Origin: Halomicrobium mukohataei DSM 12286 | Lineage (GTDB): Archaea > Halobacteriota > Halobacteria > Halobacteriales > Haloarculaceae | NCBI RefSeq assembly: GCF_000023965.1 | Contig: NC_013202.1 | Span: 360,001 to 392,000 of the forward strand | Direction: 5' to 3' | DNA: 32,000 bases | Part shown: positions 9,256-18,235 of the stretch, in pieces | How positions within the stretch are numbered: position 1 is the first letter of the stretch | Layout of the letters: the number at the start of each line of letters is the position of its first letter | Made by a program: the position numbers and the translations under genes | The notes under the pieces: generated by a model | Told to the model about the DNA's origin: nothing | Databases searched by the model: none | Seen by the model: the letters and a program-made list of their open reading frames with translations, nothing else

Positions 9256-11385
9256 ATGAGCGAGGGGACAGACACCGAGATTCGACGGCTCGATTCGGCG
9301 ACCGTCGAGCGCATCGCGGCGGGGGAGGTCGTCGAGCGGCCCGCAAGCGTCGTCAAGGAACTCGTCGAGAACGCGCTGGACGCCGACGCCGACCGCGTCA
9401 GCGTCGCCGTCGAGCAGGGCGGTATCGAGGGGATCAAGGTGACCGACGACGGGATCGGGATGAGTCGCGAGGCCGTCGAGCGGGCCGTCGAGGAGCACAC
9501 GACGAGCAAGATCAGTTCGATCGAGGACCTGGAGCGCGGGGTCGGGACGCTCGGCTTCCGTGGCGAGGCCCTGCACGCGATCGGGGCAGTCTCTCGGACG
9601 ACGATCACCACGCGCCCGCGAGGAAGGGAGCACCAGGGGACCGAACTCGTCGTCGAGGGCGGCGACGTGACCGCCGTCGAGCCGGCGGGCTGTCCCGCCG
9701 GGACGACCATCGAAGTCGACGATCTCTTCTACAACGTCCCGGCTCGCCGGAAGTACCTCAAGCAGACGAGCACGGAGTTCGCCCACGTCAACACCGTCGT
9801 CACCAGCTACGCGCTCGCGAACCCCGACGTAGCGGTGACGCTGTCACACGACGGCCGGGAGACGTTCGCGACGACGGGACAGGGCGATCTCGAAGCGACC
9901 GTCCTCTCGGTGTACGGCCGCGACGTCGCACAGTCGATGATCGAGGTGGACGACGGCGATCTGCCGGACGGACCCCTGGAGTCGGTGACCGGACTCGTGA
10001 GCCACCCCGAGACCAACCGCGCGAGCCGGGACTACCTCTCGACGTACGTCAACGGCCGCTACGTCCGGGCCGACGCGGTGCGGGAGGCGATCGTCGACGC
10101 CTACGACACTCAGCTCGCGCCCGATCGGTACCCCTTCGCGGTCCTCTTTTGTGCCGTCGATCCGGCGACCGTCGACGTGAACGTCCACCCCCGCAAGATG
10201 GAGGTCCGTTTCGCAGACGACGAGGGCGTCCGTCGACAGGTCGAGCACGCGGTCCAGTCGGCGCTGCTCTCAGAAGGGCTCGTCCGCTCCAGCGCACCGC
10301 GGGGCCGCTCGGCCGCCGAGCAGACCGAGATCGCGCCCGAATCCGGGCGGGTGGACGACGAGACAGACGCCACCGGGGCCCGCGAGGAGGCCGACGGGGA
10401 GCAGTCCGACGGCGACTCAGCTGGCGAGGCGCGTCGTCGTGACACCCCGGTTTCGGATCGAGCCGCCGACGGAGCGAGTGGCGCATCCGCCGGCGAACGT
10501 GGCGACCGCGGACAGCCCGACGCGACGACGGGGATCGACGTGACGGACGACGATGCGACGGCCGACAGCGCGGCGGACACCACCTCGCCGCGGAGTCGGT
10601 CGAGCGCGTCCAGCGGACGAGACGAGCCACCGACGAGCGCGCAGTCGACCCGGACGGACGACGCCGACCGCGGTCGTGCCCGCACCGGGCGCGACGCGGA
10701 CCCAGAGCGGAAGTTCCGCGGCGACGACCGCCAGGCCCGGCTGGGCGGCGAGGAACCGGGCCAGTCGCTCGACTCGCTGCCGGCTCTGCGAATCCTCGGG
10801 CAGCTCCACGAGACCTACGTCGTCGCGGAGGCCGACGACGGACTGGTCGTGATCGACCAGCACGCGGCCGACGAGCGGATCAACTACGAACGCCTGAAAG
10901 ATGCCTTCGAAGGCGAGACGACGACGCAGGCGCTGGCCGAACCGGTCGAACTCGAACTGACGGCGGGGGAGGCCGCGGTGTTCGAAGACCGCGTCGAGGC
11001 GCTCGCGCGACTGGGGTTTCACGCCGACCGAACCGGTGACCGGACCGTCGAGGTGCGGACGGTCCCCGGCGTAATCGCCGACGCCGCCGGCCCCGAACTC
11101 GTCCAGGACGTGCTGGCGGCGTTCGTCGCGGGCGAGCACGAGGCCGCCGACACGGTGGAGGCCGCCGCCGACGAGCTGCTTGCGGATCTCGCCTGTTACC
11201 CCTCGATCACGGGCAACACCTCGCTGACCGAGGGCTCGATCCGGGAGTTGCTCGCCGCGCTCGACGACTGTGAGAACCCCTACGCCTGTCCGCACGGTCG
11301 ACCGGTCGTCGTCGAGATCGATCGCGGCGAACTCGAAGACCGGTTCGAACGGGACTATCCGGGCCACAGCGGCCGGCGGACCTAA
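9256..11385 (+). CDS. mutL: DNA mismatch repair endonuclease MutL
   Basis: 709-aa ORF. GHKL ATPase N-terminus (ERPASVVKELVENALDA, DDGIGM). Low-complexity acidic/Arg linker of roughly 180 aa. C-terminal endonuclease motif DQHAADERINYE and CPHGRP. Confidence 0.95.
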   Translation: MSEGTDTEIRRLDSATVERIAAGEVVERPASVVKELVENALDADADRVSVAVEQGGIEGIKVTDDGIGMSREAVERAVEEHTTSKISSIEDLERGVGTLGFRGEALHAIGAVSRTTITTRPRGREHQGTELVVEGGDVTAVEPAGCPAGTTIEVDDLFYNVPARRKYLKQTSTEFAHVNTVVTSYALANPDVAVTLSHDGRETFATTGQGDLEATVLSVYGRDVAQSMIEVDDGDLPDGPLESVTGLVSHPETNRASRDYLSTYVNGRYVRADAVREAIVDAYDTQLAPDRYPFAVLFCAVDPATVDVNVHPRKMEVRFADDEGVRRQVEHAVQSALLSEGLVRSSAPRGRSAAEQTEIAPESGRVDDETDATGAREEADGEQSDGDSAGEARRRDTPVSDRAADGASGASAGERGDRGQPDATTGIDVTDDDATADSAADTTSPRSRSSASSGRDEPPTSAQSTRTDDADRGRARTGRDADPERKFRGDDRQARLGGEEPGQSLDSLPALRILGQLHETYVVAEADDGLVVIDQHAADERINYERLKDAFEGETTTQALAEPVELELTAGEAAVFEDRVEALARLGFHADRTGDRTVEVRTVPGVIADAAGPELVQDVLAAFVAGEHEAADTVEAAADELLADLACYPSITGNTSLTEGSIRELLAALDDCENPYACPHGRPVVVEIDRGELEDRFERDYPGHSGRRT

Positions 11386-11511
11386 CGGCTCCCGCGGAGG
11401 GACGCGCCGTTCGCGGTGTCGCGAACCGCCGGAAGACGCCGCCGCAGTCGACCGAAATCGCGCGCCGTAACGCCCGTGGCAACTAAGCCCCCGGCCGTCG
11501 ATGGCTGGCCC

Positions 11512-12471
11512 ATGAGTCGACTCGTCACGTTCGGAGAGACCTCGTTGCGACTGAGCCCGCCGGACCACGAGCGCCTGGAGACGGCGACCGACGTATCGCT
11601 GCACGCGGACGGAACCGAGAGCTCGACCGCCGTCGCGGCCACGCGACTCGGTGCGCCGGCCGTCTGGCTGTCGAAGCTTCCCGACACGGTGCTCGGTCGG
11701 CGCGTCGTCGCCGAACTGGAACAGCAGGGCGACGGGCTCCAGACCCAGGTGGTCTGGGACGAAGACGGCCGGCAGGGCCTACAGTTCGTCGAACGGGGGA
11801 GCCCACCCAGAGACGACGTGACCGTCCAGGACCGGGGCGACACCGCGCTGGCCACGGTGTCGACCGATGACGTGCGGATGGCGATGGTCCAGAACGCCGA
11901 CGTGTTCTTCGTCAGCGGCTCGACGCCCGCGCTCTCGCCGACGGCCCGGCGGACCACGGAGGCGCTCTATCGGGCCTGTGAAGGGACCTGCGTGTTCGAT
12001 CTGGACTACCAGTCCGGCCTCTGGTCGCTGTCGGACGCCCGCGAGGCGCTCCTCTCTCTCCAAGACGCCATCGACGTACTCGTCGCCGACGAAGACGACG
12101 CACAGGCGGTGTTCGACCGCTCGGGCAAGGCCCGCCAGCTGGCCCACTCGATCGCCTCCGAGGGCGACTTCGAGCAGGTCGTGATCACCCGCAGCGAGCG
12201 CGGGGCCGTCGCCTGGGACGACAACGTCGTCCACGAACAGGACGCCATCGAGACCGAGGTAATCGACGCCAGCGGCACGCACGCCGGGTTCCTCGGCGGG
12301 TATCTCCACCAGCTGTACGAGGACGCCCCGACGGAACAGGCGCTTGCCTACGGGACCGCCGCCGCCGCGCTGACCCGGACCGTCCCCGGCCCGCTGCCGA
12401 CGATCTCGGCGGGCGAGGTCGAAGGCCTCGTCGAGACCGAGCGAGAGCCCACGGGCGAGCGGAGCATCTGA
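11512..12471 (+). CDS. kdgK: PfkB-family sugar kinase, 2-keto-3-deoxygluconate kinase-like
   Basis: Start taken at ATG 11512 (MSRLVTFGETSLRLSPPDHERLETA), an N-terminus characteristic of archaeal KDG kinases. C-terminal DASGTHAGFLGGYL matches the PfkB signature region. Confidence 0.75.
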   Translation: MSRLVTFGETSLRLSPPDHERLETATDVSLHADGTESSTAVAATRLGAPAVWLSKLPDTVLGRRVVAELEQQGDGLQTQVVWDEDGRQGLQFVERGSPPRDDVTVQDRGDTALATVSTDDVRMAMVQNADVFFVSGSTPALSPTARRTTEALYRACEGTCVFDLDYQSGLWSLSDAREALLSLQDAIDVLVADEDDAQAVFDRSGKARQLAHSIASEGDFEQVVITRSERGAVAWDDNVVHEQDAIETEVIDASGTHAGFLGGYLHQLYEDAPTEQALAYGTAAAALTRTVPGPLPTISAGEVEGLVETEREPTGERSI

Positions 12472-12538
12472 GCGGTCCCGCGGGAGACCGGCGCACGAAT
12501 CGATGGACAAAAAACGCCAGCGGTGTGACGGGAGATCG

Positions 12539-13774
12539 ATGCAGGTCGAGTTTCTGGGCGGAGCCGACGAGATCGGTCGCAGTGCCGTCCTGATCGACGG
12601 GTCGCTCCTGCTGGACTACGGGATGGCCAGCGAGTCGCCCCCGCAGTACCCCGTCGGCGACGTGGACCCGGACGCCGTCGTCGTCTCTCACGGCCACCTC
12701 GACCACGTCGGCGCGGTGCCGGCGCTGCTCTCGGGGACCGAACAGCCCACCGTCCACTGGACGCCGCCGACCCGAGAACTCGCGCTGACGCTGGCCGAAG
12801 ACACGCTCAAACTCCACGGCGGGAGCCCGCGCTGTCCCTTCACCGAGAACGACGTGCGCCGGATCGGGGAGGTCTCGGCGACCCACGGCTACCGCGAGCC
12901 GTTCGAGGCGGCCGGCTACGAGGTGACGTTCTACAACGCCGGCCACATCCCCGGAAGCGCTCACGTCCTCGTCAGCGACGGCGAGACGCGGCTCCTCTAT
13001 ACCGGGGACTTCCACACGGACGATCAGCGCCTCGTCTCGGCGACGAGCGACCGCCCCGCTGCCGACGCCGTGATCTGCGAGTCCACGTACTCGGACGTGA
13101 GCCACGAGGACCGGGGCGACGTGGAGGCGTCCTTCGTCGAGACGCTGCGCACGACCGTCTGGCAGGGCGGAACCGTCGTCGTCCCGGCCTTCGCCATCGG
13201 CCGGACACAGGAGATCATGCTCGTCTGTGCGGCCCACGGCATCGACTGTTACGTCGACGGAATGGGACAGCGAGTCACCGAGCAGTTACGCCACCACCCC
13301 GCGTTCCTCCGAGACGCCGACGCCTTCCGTGGCGCGGTCTCGAACGCCCGCTTCGTCGACGGCCGCGACGGTCAGCGCCGACGGATCGCCGACCAGAACG
13401 CCGTCGTCGTCACCACGAGCGGGATGCTCTCGGGTGGGCCGGCGATGACCTACGTCCCGGCGATCGCCGACCGGCCGGTCAACACGATCGCCATGACCGG
13501 CTACCAGGTCGAGGGGACGCCGGGCAGGGACCTCCTCGAAACTGGCAGCGCCGAGATCGACGGTCGCGTGATGCCCGTCAGCGCACAGGTCGAGGCGTAC
13601 GACTTCTCTGCCCACGCCGACCGCGAGGGGCTCCTGTCGTTTCTCGACGCGTACCGAGACAGCCGGCTGCTGATCAACCACGGGGACCGCTGCGAGTCGT
13701 TCGCCCGGGAGCTGCGGGACGACGGCCACGACGCCAGTGCGCCGACGCTGGGCGAGACGGTGAGGCTGTCCTGA
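12539..13774 (+). CDS. Metallo-beta-lactamase / beta-CASP ribonuclease (aCPSF2-like, no KH domains)
   Basis: Start at ATG 12539 (MQVEFLGGADEIGRS). HxHxDH motif VVSHGHLDHVG. Later GDF, beta-CASP-like region and C-terminal FSAHAD and NHGD. Confidence 0.85.
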   Translation: MQVEFLGGADEIGRSAVLIDGSLLLDYGMASESPPQYPVGDVDPDAVVVSHGHLDHVGAVPALLSGTEQPTVHWTPPTRELALTLAEDTLKLHGGSPRCPFTENDVRRIGEVSATHGYREPFEAAGYEVTFYNAGHIPGSAHVLVSDGETRLLYTGDFHTDDQRLVSATSDRPAADAVICESTYSDVSHEDRGDVEASFVETLRTTVWQGGTVVVPAFAIGRTQEIMLVCAAHGIDCYVDGMGQRVTEQLRHHPAFLRDADAFRGAVSNARFVDGRDGQRRRIADQNAVVVTTSGMLSGGPAMTYVPAIADRPVNTIAMTGYQVEGTPGRDLLETGSAEIDGRVMPVSAQVEAYDFSAHADREGLLSFLDAYRDSRLLINHGDRCESFARELRDDGHDASAPTLGETVRLS

Positions 13775-13855
13775 TACCGTCGAGGAGACGACGACCAGCG
13801 CAGTCCAGAGTGGGCATCCCCAAGACGTTTGTGAGGTGTGGTCGGAGGAGAGAAC

Positions 13856-14473
13856 ATGGTCGAGCCCTCCCGCCGCGAGACACTCGCGGCGATCGCAGGC
13901 GGAACAGCGGCGGCCCTCGCTGGCTGCCAGTGGAACGCGGAGCCGAGCGACGGCGAGCGCGAGCAGCGGCGACGAGTGACCGACTACGAGGTGGCGTCGG
14001 TCCGTCACGCGGACGAGAGAGCGCTGTTCACCGAAGGCGAGCCGCTCTCGACGCCGAGAGAGAGCGACGAGCGGCCGCCGGTGTACGGGCACACCTATCT
14101 CACCAGCGGCGACGACCTCGACGACGTGACGTTCGCGGAGACGAGCGAGGCCGAGCGGCTGGCGTCGTTCGCCGCGGCGACGGCGCTCGACGGCGAGGAG
14201 TCGGTGTACCTCTTCACGACGGCGGTTCGAGCGTGCTCCGAGGTCCGTCTCCAGTGGGTCGAAGTCGACGGGACGGGGCCGTCGGCGCAGTTCTGCCGGA
14301 CGCTGCGACCCGCCGACGTGGAGTGTCGGGCCACGGCCTACGAGACGACGGGGTTCGCGATCAGGCTCCCGTTTGCCGGCGAGCGGTTCTCCGGTCACGG
14401 CGCGGGCATGAGCAGCAGTTGCGGTCGGCCACCGCGCCCGGAGCCGTTCGATCCCACGGAGGGATCGCCATGA
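13856..14473 (+). CDS. Tat-signal lipoprotein, function unknown
   Basis: MVEPSRRETLAAIAGGTAAALAGC carries a twin-arginine motif plus a lipobox Cys. The stop overlaps the next start (ATGA). Confidence 0.65.
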   Translation: MVEPSRRETLAAIAGGTAAALAGCQWNAEPSDGEREQRRRVTDYEVASVRHADERALFTEGEPLSTPRESDERPPVYGHTYLTSGDDLDDVTFAETSEAERLASFAAATALDGEESVYLFTTAVRACSEVRLQWVEVDGTGPSAQFCRTLRPADVECRATAYETTGFAIRLPFAGERFSGHGAGMSSSCGRPPRPEPFDPTEGSP

Positions 14474-15771
14474 ACCGGCTCGGTCGCCGTCGGTTCCTGA
14501 CGGCGATCGGGGCCGGAACGACCGCGCTGGCGGGCTGCTCGGCGCTCCCGTCGAACGGGGACGACGAACCGGAGCTCGACGACGACGCGATCGCGCGGGC
14601 GATTCGAGAACGCGAAGCGCCGTCGGTCCCGGCCACGAATCCGCTGTCTGTTCCGAGCAGTGCGATCGAGGACCACCGGACAGCGGCGCGTGAGACGCTG
14701 GAGCGCGTGCCGCCGGAGCTGTCCGTGCCCAACGGCGCGGTGACCGAGAAGCTACGCGAGCAGCGGGCGCGGGTCGCAGACACGCTGGATTCGTCGGCCG
14801 AGGGAGCGCCCGTAGAGCGCCTGGCGACGTGGCGCGACCGGCGTGGGGACGCCGTCAACGTCCGGCGAGCGTACGAAGCGGCGAGTGGCGACGCCGACCG
14901 CGGGGCGTATCGCGATCGGTGCGACGAGGTTCGGGCCGAGCGTGCGGCCGTCGGGGCAGATCTGGAGTATCGAGCCCCGGAGCCCGTCGCTGCGACGGTC
15001 GGGTTCGCGACCATCGAGTCGCTGCTCGACACGGCACGCGGGCGGCTCGACCCGCGGTCGCCGTTCCCCGAAGAGCCTGCCGCCGCCGTCTTCGATGTCG
15101 GAGACCGCTGGGAGGCCGTCGAGACCGCCGGAATCGAGACCGCCGACGCGCGTCGGCTGCGAGACGCCTTCGTCGACGCCACCGACGATACCCCCTGGCG
15201 GTCGCATCTGGTGGCGACCAGTCATCACCTCGGCCACTCGTTACAGATGACTCGCGATCGGGTCGAAGAGTACGTCGACGCCGAGGCGTCGGTGCTGGAC
15301 GCCGACGCCGCCACAGAGCCGCCGACTCGGCATCTGTTTCGGCAGGCGTCCGACGGAGTCCACTGGCGTACGGAGCGGGCGGCCCGGGCCCGAGACCGCC
15401 ACGACCACGCGACGACCGTGATCGAGTTGGGCCGCGGGCTGGTCGCGGCAGAGACGCTGGATCGGATCGTCGCCGAAATCGAGAGCGGCGACTACCGGAC
15501 CGAACTGACCGAGGAGACGATCCAGTCGGCCCACGCGTCGGCCGTGAGTGCAGTCGAGGACGCCGTCGAGACGACGCCCCAACCGCTGGCCGTCGCGCTG
15601 GCGACGCCCGCCATCCAGGTGGTCTCTGGCCTGCGGCGACGGCTCGATGCCTCTCGGTCGAGAGTGACACCCGAGCGACTGCAACCGAGACTCGACTACG
15701 TCGTCCGGTACGCCCGCGTCGTGCCGACCGCGACGGCATTCGTCGCGGATCGGCTCGCAGTCGAGACGTGA
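14470..15771 (+). CDS. Tat-signal lipoprotein, predicted mostly helical, function unknown
   Basis: MNRLGRRRFLTAIGAGTTALAGC (RRRFL plus lipobox). 433 aa, acidic, in frame with the listed ORF 13810..15771. 4-nt overlap with the upstream gene. Confidence 0.7.
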   Translation: MNRLGRRRFLTAIGAGTTALAGCSALPSNGDDEPELDDDAIARAIREREAPSVPATNPLSVPSSAIEDHRTAARETLERVPPELSVPNGAVTEKLREQRARVADTLDSSAEGAPVERLATWRDRRGDAVNVRRAYEAASGDADRGAYRDRCDEVRAERAAVGADLEYRAPEPVAATVGFATIESLLDTARGRLDPRSPFPEEPAAAVFDVGDRWEAVETAGIETADARRLRDAFVDATDDTPWRSHLVATSHHLGHSLQMTRDRVEEYVDAEASVLDADAATEPPTRHLFRQASDGVHWRTERAARARDRHDHATTVIELGRGLVAAETLDRIVAEIESGDYRTELTEETIQSAHASAVSAVEDAVETTPQPLAVALATPAIQVVSGLRRRLDASRSRVTPERLQPRLDYVVRYARVVPTATAFVADRLAVET

Positions 15772-15862
15772 CCGACGGGACGAAACCGATTCGTGGCGTC
15801 CGGGACAACGAGCGTGCGTGCGACAGACCCACCTCGACTTCGAGCAGTACTTTTCGGTAGCG

Positions 15863-16129
15863 ATGGAGACCGACGAGGCCCAGGCCGCCGAGATGACCGT
15901 CGAGCCGGGCCGGACCGTCGGTGGCCCGGAGAACGTCCACGCCGACAGCGACCAGTGGTGCTACGTCGCCGCGGGCACGGGCGTCGCGACCGTCGACGGC
16001 GCGGACAATCGAATCGAGGCCGGCGACCTGCTCCTGATCGAGGCCGGCGAAGCCCACGCGATCGAGAACGACGGCGACGAGCCGCTGCGGACGGTCAACG
16101 TCTACACCCCGCCCCGGTCCGATCGGTGA
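15863..16129 (+). CDS. Cupin domain protein
   Basis: Start taken at METDEAQ (ATG 15863). ...DQWCYVAAGTGVATVDG...IEAGDLLLIEAGEAHAIENDGDEPLRTVNVYTPP fits the cupin beta-barrel motifs. Confidence 0.75.
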   Translation: METDEAQAAEMTVEPGRTVGGPENVHADSDQWCYVAAGTGVATVDGADNRIEAGDLLLIEAGEAHAIENDGDEPLRTVNVYTPPRSDR

Positions 16130-16156
16130 GCCACCGGTCGTTCCTCGACCGGCGGT

Positions 16157-16183
16157 GTTCAGATAAGAGATCGAGAGTGGCGG
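16157..16183 (+). repeat. Left terminal inverted repeat candidate of the island
   Basis: A 9-nt perfect core GTTCAGATA plus ATCG-N-GAG-(N)-GCGG matches the reverse complement of 18236..18263 (about 20 matched positions with one 3-nt indel). Confidence 0.45.
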
Positions 16184-16318
16184 AAGTGAAGCACCGAAAG
16201 CCCTCTCGGTGCTCGACTACTCCAGGAGCCCAACTGTACGAGGGCTTTCGGCATCTCAATCCCAGCAGTCGCTGCTAAACGAAACACTACCATTGTCGAC
16301 CCCAGAACAGATTACTAA

Positions 16319-16516
16319 ATGAAAAACAGCCTAAATATGGAGCGGAGGAAGTACCTCGGTGCAATAGCTGTTGGGACTGGTATTGCAGGGCTCATCTACA
16401 GTGTGAATGGGATAGCCGAAGATTTTGACATAGAGGAATATATCCCATCCTCTTCAACAGTACAGAGAAAGAGAGCGCAATCCCAACGGCGTCGTTTAAA
16501 CGAACAAGAGTGGTAG
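16319..16516 (+). CDS. Small ORF with Tat-like signal (possibly the 5' half of a frameshifted gene)
   Basis: MKNSLNMERRKYLGAIAVGTGIAGL has an RRKYL twin-arginine-like motif and a hydrophobic stretch. Low GC. It overlaps the next ORF 16510..16707, which is in another frame. Confidence 0.3.
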   Translation: MKNSLNMERRKYLGAIAVGTGIAGLIYSVNGIAEDFDIEEYIPSSSTVQRKRAQSQRRRLNEQEW

Positions 16517-16697
16517 CGTTTACACAGGAACTCAACCTCGGACAAACCTTGGCACCTGGAAAAGAGCGGACCGAAGAACTCGTGACAGTAGACGACCTGA
16601 CAGTTGATGGCTGCTTCCCCCCGAATACGTATCAATTCAGATCTCAGCAAATATTTAATGATACTTCTGTTTCGTGGACGTGGAAGGTAGCTATTGA

Positions 16698-16868
16698 TCA
16701 AATATAAACGCTGATCCGTAGCACATTGTTGATTTCACGATGAGGCTCGAACAGCGCGTTTGAGAGCGTCCCGTCAGAACGGCAGCGAAGACAGATCACA
16801 CTGTTACGCCAACGAACCTGTTGCAGCAGATCCGGTGCGACCGATTCCGATCCAAACACATCTAGAGA
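16698..16868 (-). pseudogene. IS1595-family transposase N-terminal remnant
   Basis: Within ORF 16698..17000, SLDVFGSESVAPDLLQQVRWRNSVICLRCRSDGTLSN matches, from memory, the N-terminal zinc-ribbon region of haloarchaeal IS1595-type transposases (pattern FGSE...L..VRWRDG..CPRC.SD). The CPRC box has degenerated to CLRC, and only about 40 residues remain. Confidence 0.5.
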
Positions 16869-16996
16869 ATCATTCCAGTCGGGCACCGCTGCCGCGGTGT
16901 CTTTGTCCTCGTCGACACCGCAGCTGCCGCTCAGTAGTATCAGCAATCTCTTACGAAAGAGCGTCGATTCAATAGTAACTCGCGCTACGTCTCGAA

Positions 16997-17812
16997 TCAA
17001 TCTGCACCAGTCTCGGCTCCATTCTCCGGGTCACTATTCAGTGTATGAATGCCCTGCAGAAGTCTGCCACTAAAGTACAACACTGGAGATACCAAGAAAA
17101 GCAGGACAACTCCCTGAAGCGATCCTGCCCGGACTGGATTCGCAGCACCTATTGATAGGACTTGGAGCAGACAAATTCCGAGGCCGAGCGTGGCCGTCGG
17201 AAGTGAGGGGACCCTAGAGGAGGTCCCGATATCTGATTGCGTGCGACCGAGGTGGTACAGCGGGATCGCTGCCCACAGACAGATTGCGGCTATAACTGAT
17301 GTCTCAGCGAGTGGCTGCAACGAAGTATTAATACTCCCCGCCATTTCAACGACTGCACCCGCTGGAACGGAAACTGTGTCCAGAGCCTGCCATAAGTAAT
17401 ACACGTGCGGACTGATTGCGATCCCGATCGCTCCAACGATAGACCACTCTATCTGTTTGTTGCTTACCCGTCCGAGCGGGTAAGCTAATGCAACGGCTAT
17501 ACTCGCGAACGCCCACGAAAGACTCCCTATACTCCTCGGGTCGGACCCGAGTTCCCCAAATACTATGCTACCAATCGGTTGCAGTGCGAGACCCATCGAA
17601 CCAGCACCCAAGACTGTCACGATCACGATCCAGTGGATCTTCTCATGGGGAATAACCATTCGAACACTCCCCAGTATACAGTAAGCGATACCGAGGTGCA
17701 GACCAATCGCGACTAACCAACTCTGCTGTTGTCCTGTAGTAGCTCCCAAAGACGCAAAAGCAATAGAAAAAGCTCCGACCAGAGTCAGTCTACCCCCATT
17801 ATTGCCCATCAT
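16997..17812 (-). CDS. Polytopic membrane protein, unknown function (low-GC passenger gene)
   Basis: 271-aa ORF with about 7-8 hydrophobic segments. Its GC content is visibly far below the flanks. No motif recognised. Confidence 0.7.
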   Translation of the reverse strand: MMGNNGGRLTLVGAFSIAFASLGATTGQQQSWLVAIGLHLGIAYCILGSVRMVIPHEKIHWIVIVTVLGAGSMGLALQPIGSIVFGELGSDPRSIGSLSWAFASIAVALAYPLGRVSNKQIEWSIVGAIGIAISPHVYYLWQALDTVSVPAGAVVEMAGSINTSLQPLAETSVIAAICLWAAIPLYHLGRTQSDIGTSSRVPSLPTATLGLGICLLQVLSIGAANPVRAGSLQGVVLLFLVSPVLYFSGRLLQGIHTLNSDPENGAETGAD

Positions 17813-17851
17813 AAATATAGTTAAATAACTCCGAATTGTAAAAGGTGATGT

Positions 17852-18216
17852 TCAGACTAGCTGATTCCCTGCGAGGCTGAAGGATCTGAGCCAGTCGTCA
17901 GCGGTGTCTGGATCGACGACAGCGGACAGCCAATACTGCTCGTCATCGATTTGGATCACTGTTTCGTCAACTGCGACCTGATCCGGAGACCGACCAGACT
18001 CTGGCTGTAGCTCGGCCTTGTGAACCCAGTTATGAACGGTGGATCGAGCACGATCGACACCAAATATCTCAAGAACCGAAACAGTAGTCAGAAGGGATAA
18101 TTCAGCAAGGTATAGCTAAATACTGAGCTTCATCAAAATCGTGGTGTCGCTTCTCGTTCAACAAACTCTCAGTCGATCTGGTCGATATTACCGCTGAGGC
18201 GTGTGTTTTCGGGCAT
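17852..18216 (-). pseudogene. IS6-family transposase, decayed N-terminal fragment
   Basis: Reverse-strand reading: MPENTRLSGNIDQID*EFVEREATPR, a frameshift, then MKLSI*LYLAELSLLTTVSVLEIFGVDRARSTVHNWVHKAELQPESGRSPDQVAVDETVIQIDDEQYWLSAVVDPDT. This matches the N-terminus of haloarchaeal IS6 transposases. It has 2 in-frame stops and 1 frameshift, and homology is lost after about 17890, so the DDE catalytic part is missing. Confidence 0.75.
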
Positions 18217-18235
18217 GAATCGCTCAGAAAACACA

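Noticed and set aside
16240-16290. Possible tRNA 3' fragment or att site (TCAATCCCAGC resembles a T-loop) at the island border
   Set aside because: I could build no complementary T-stem or acceptor stem. No cloverleaf is recognisable.
18155-18170. GAGAGTTTGTTGAACG (reverse strand) as a possible IS terminal repeat
   Set aside because: On translation it encodes EFVERE, part of the conserved N-terminus of the IS6 transposase remnant, so it is coding sequence and not the element end.
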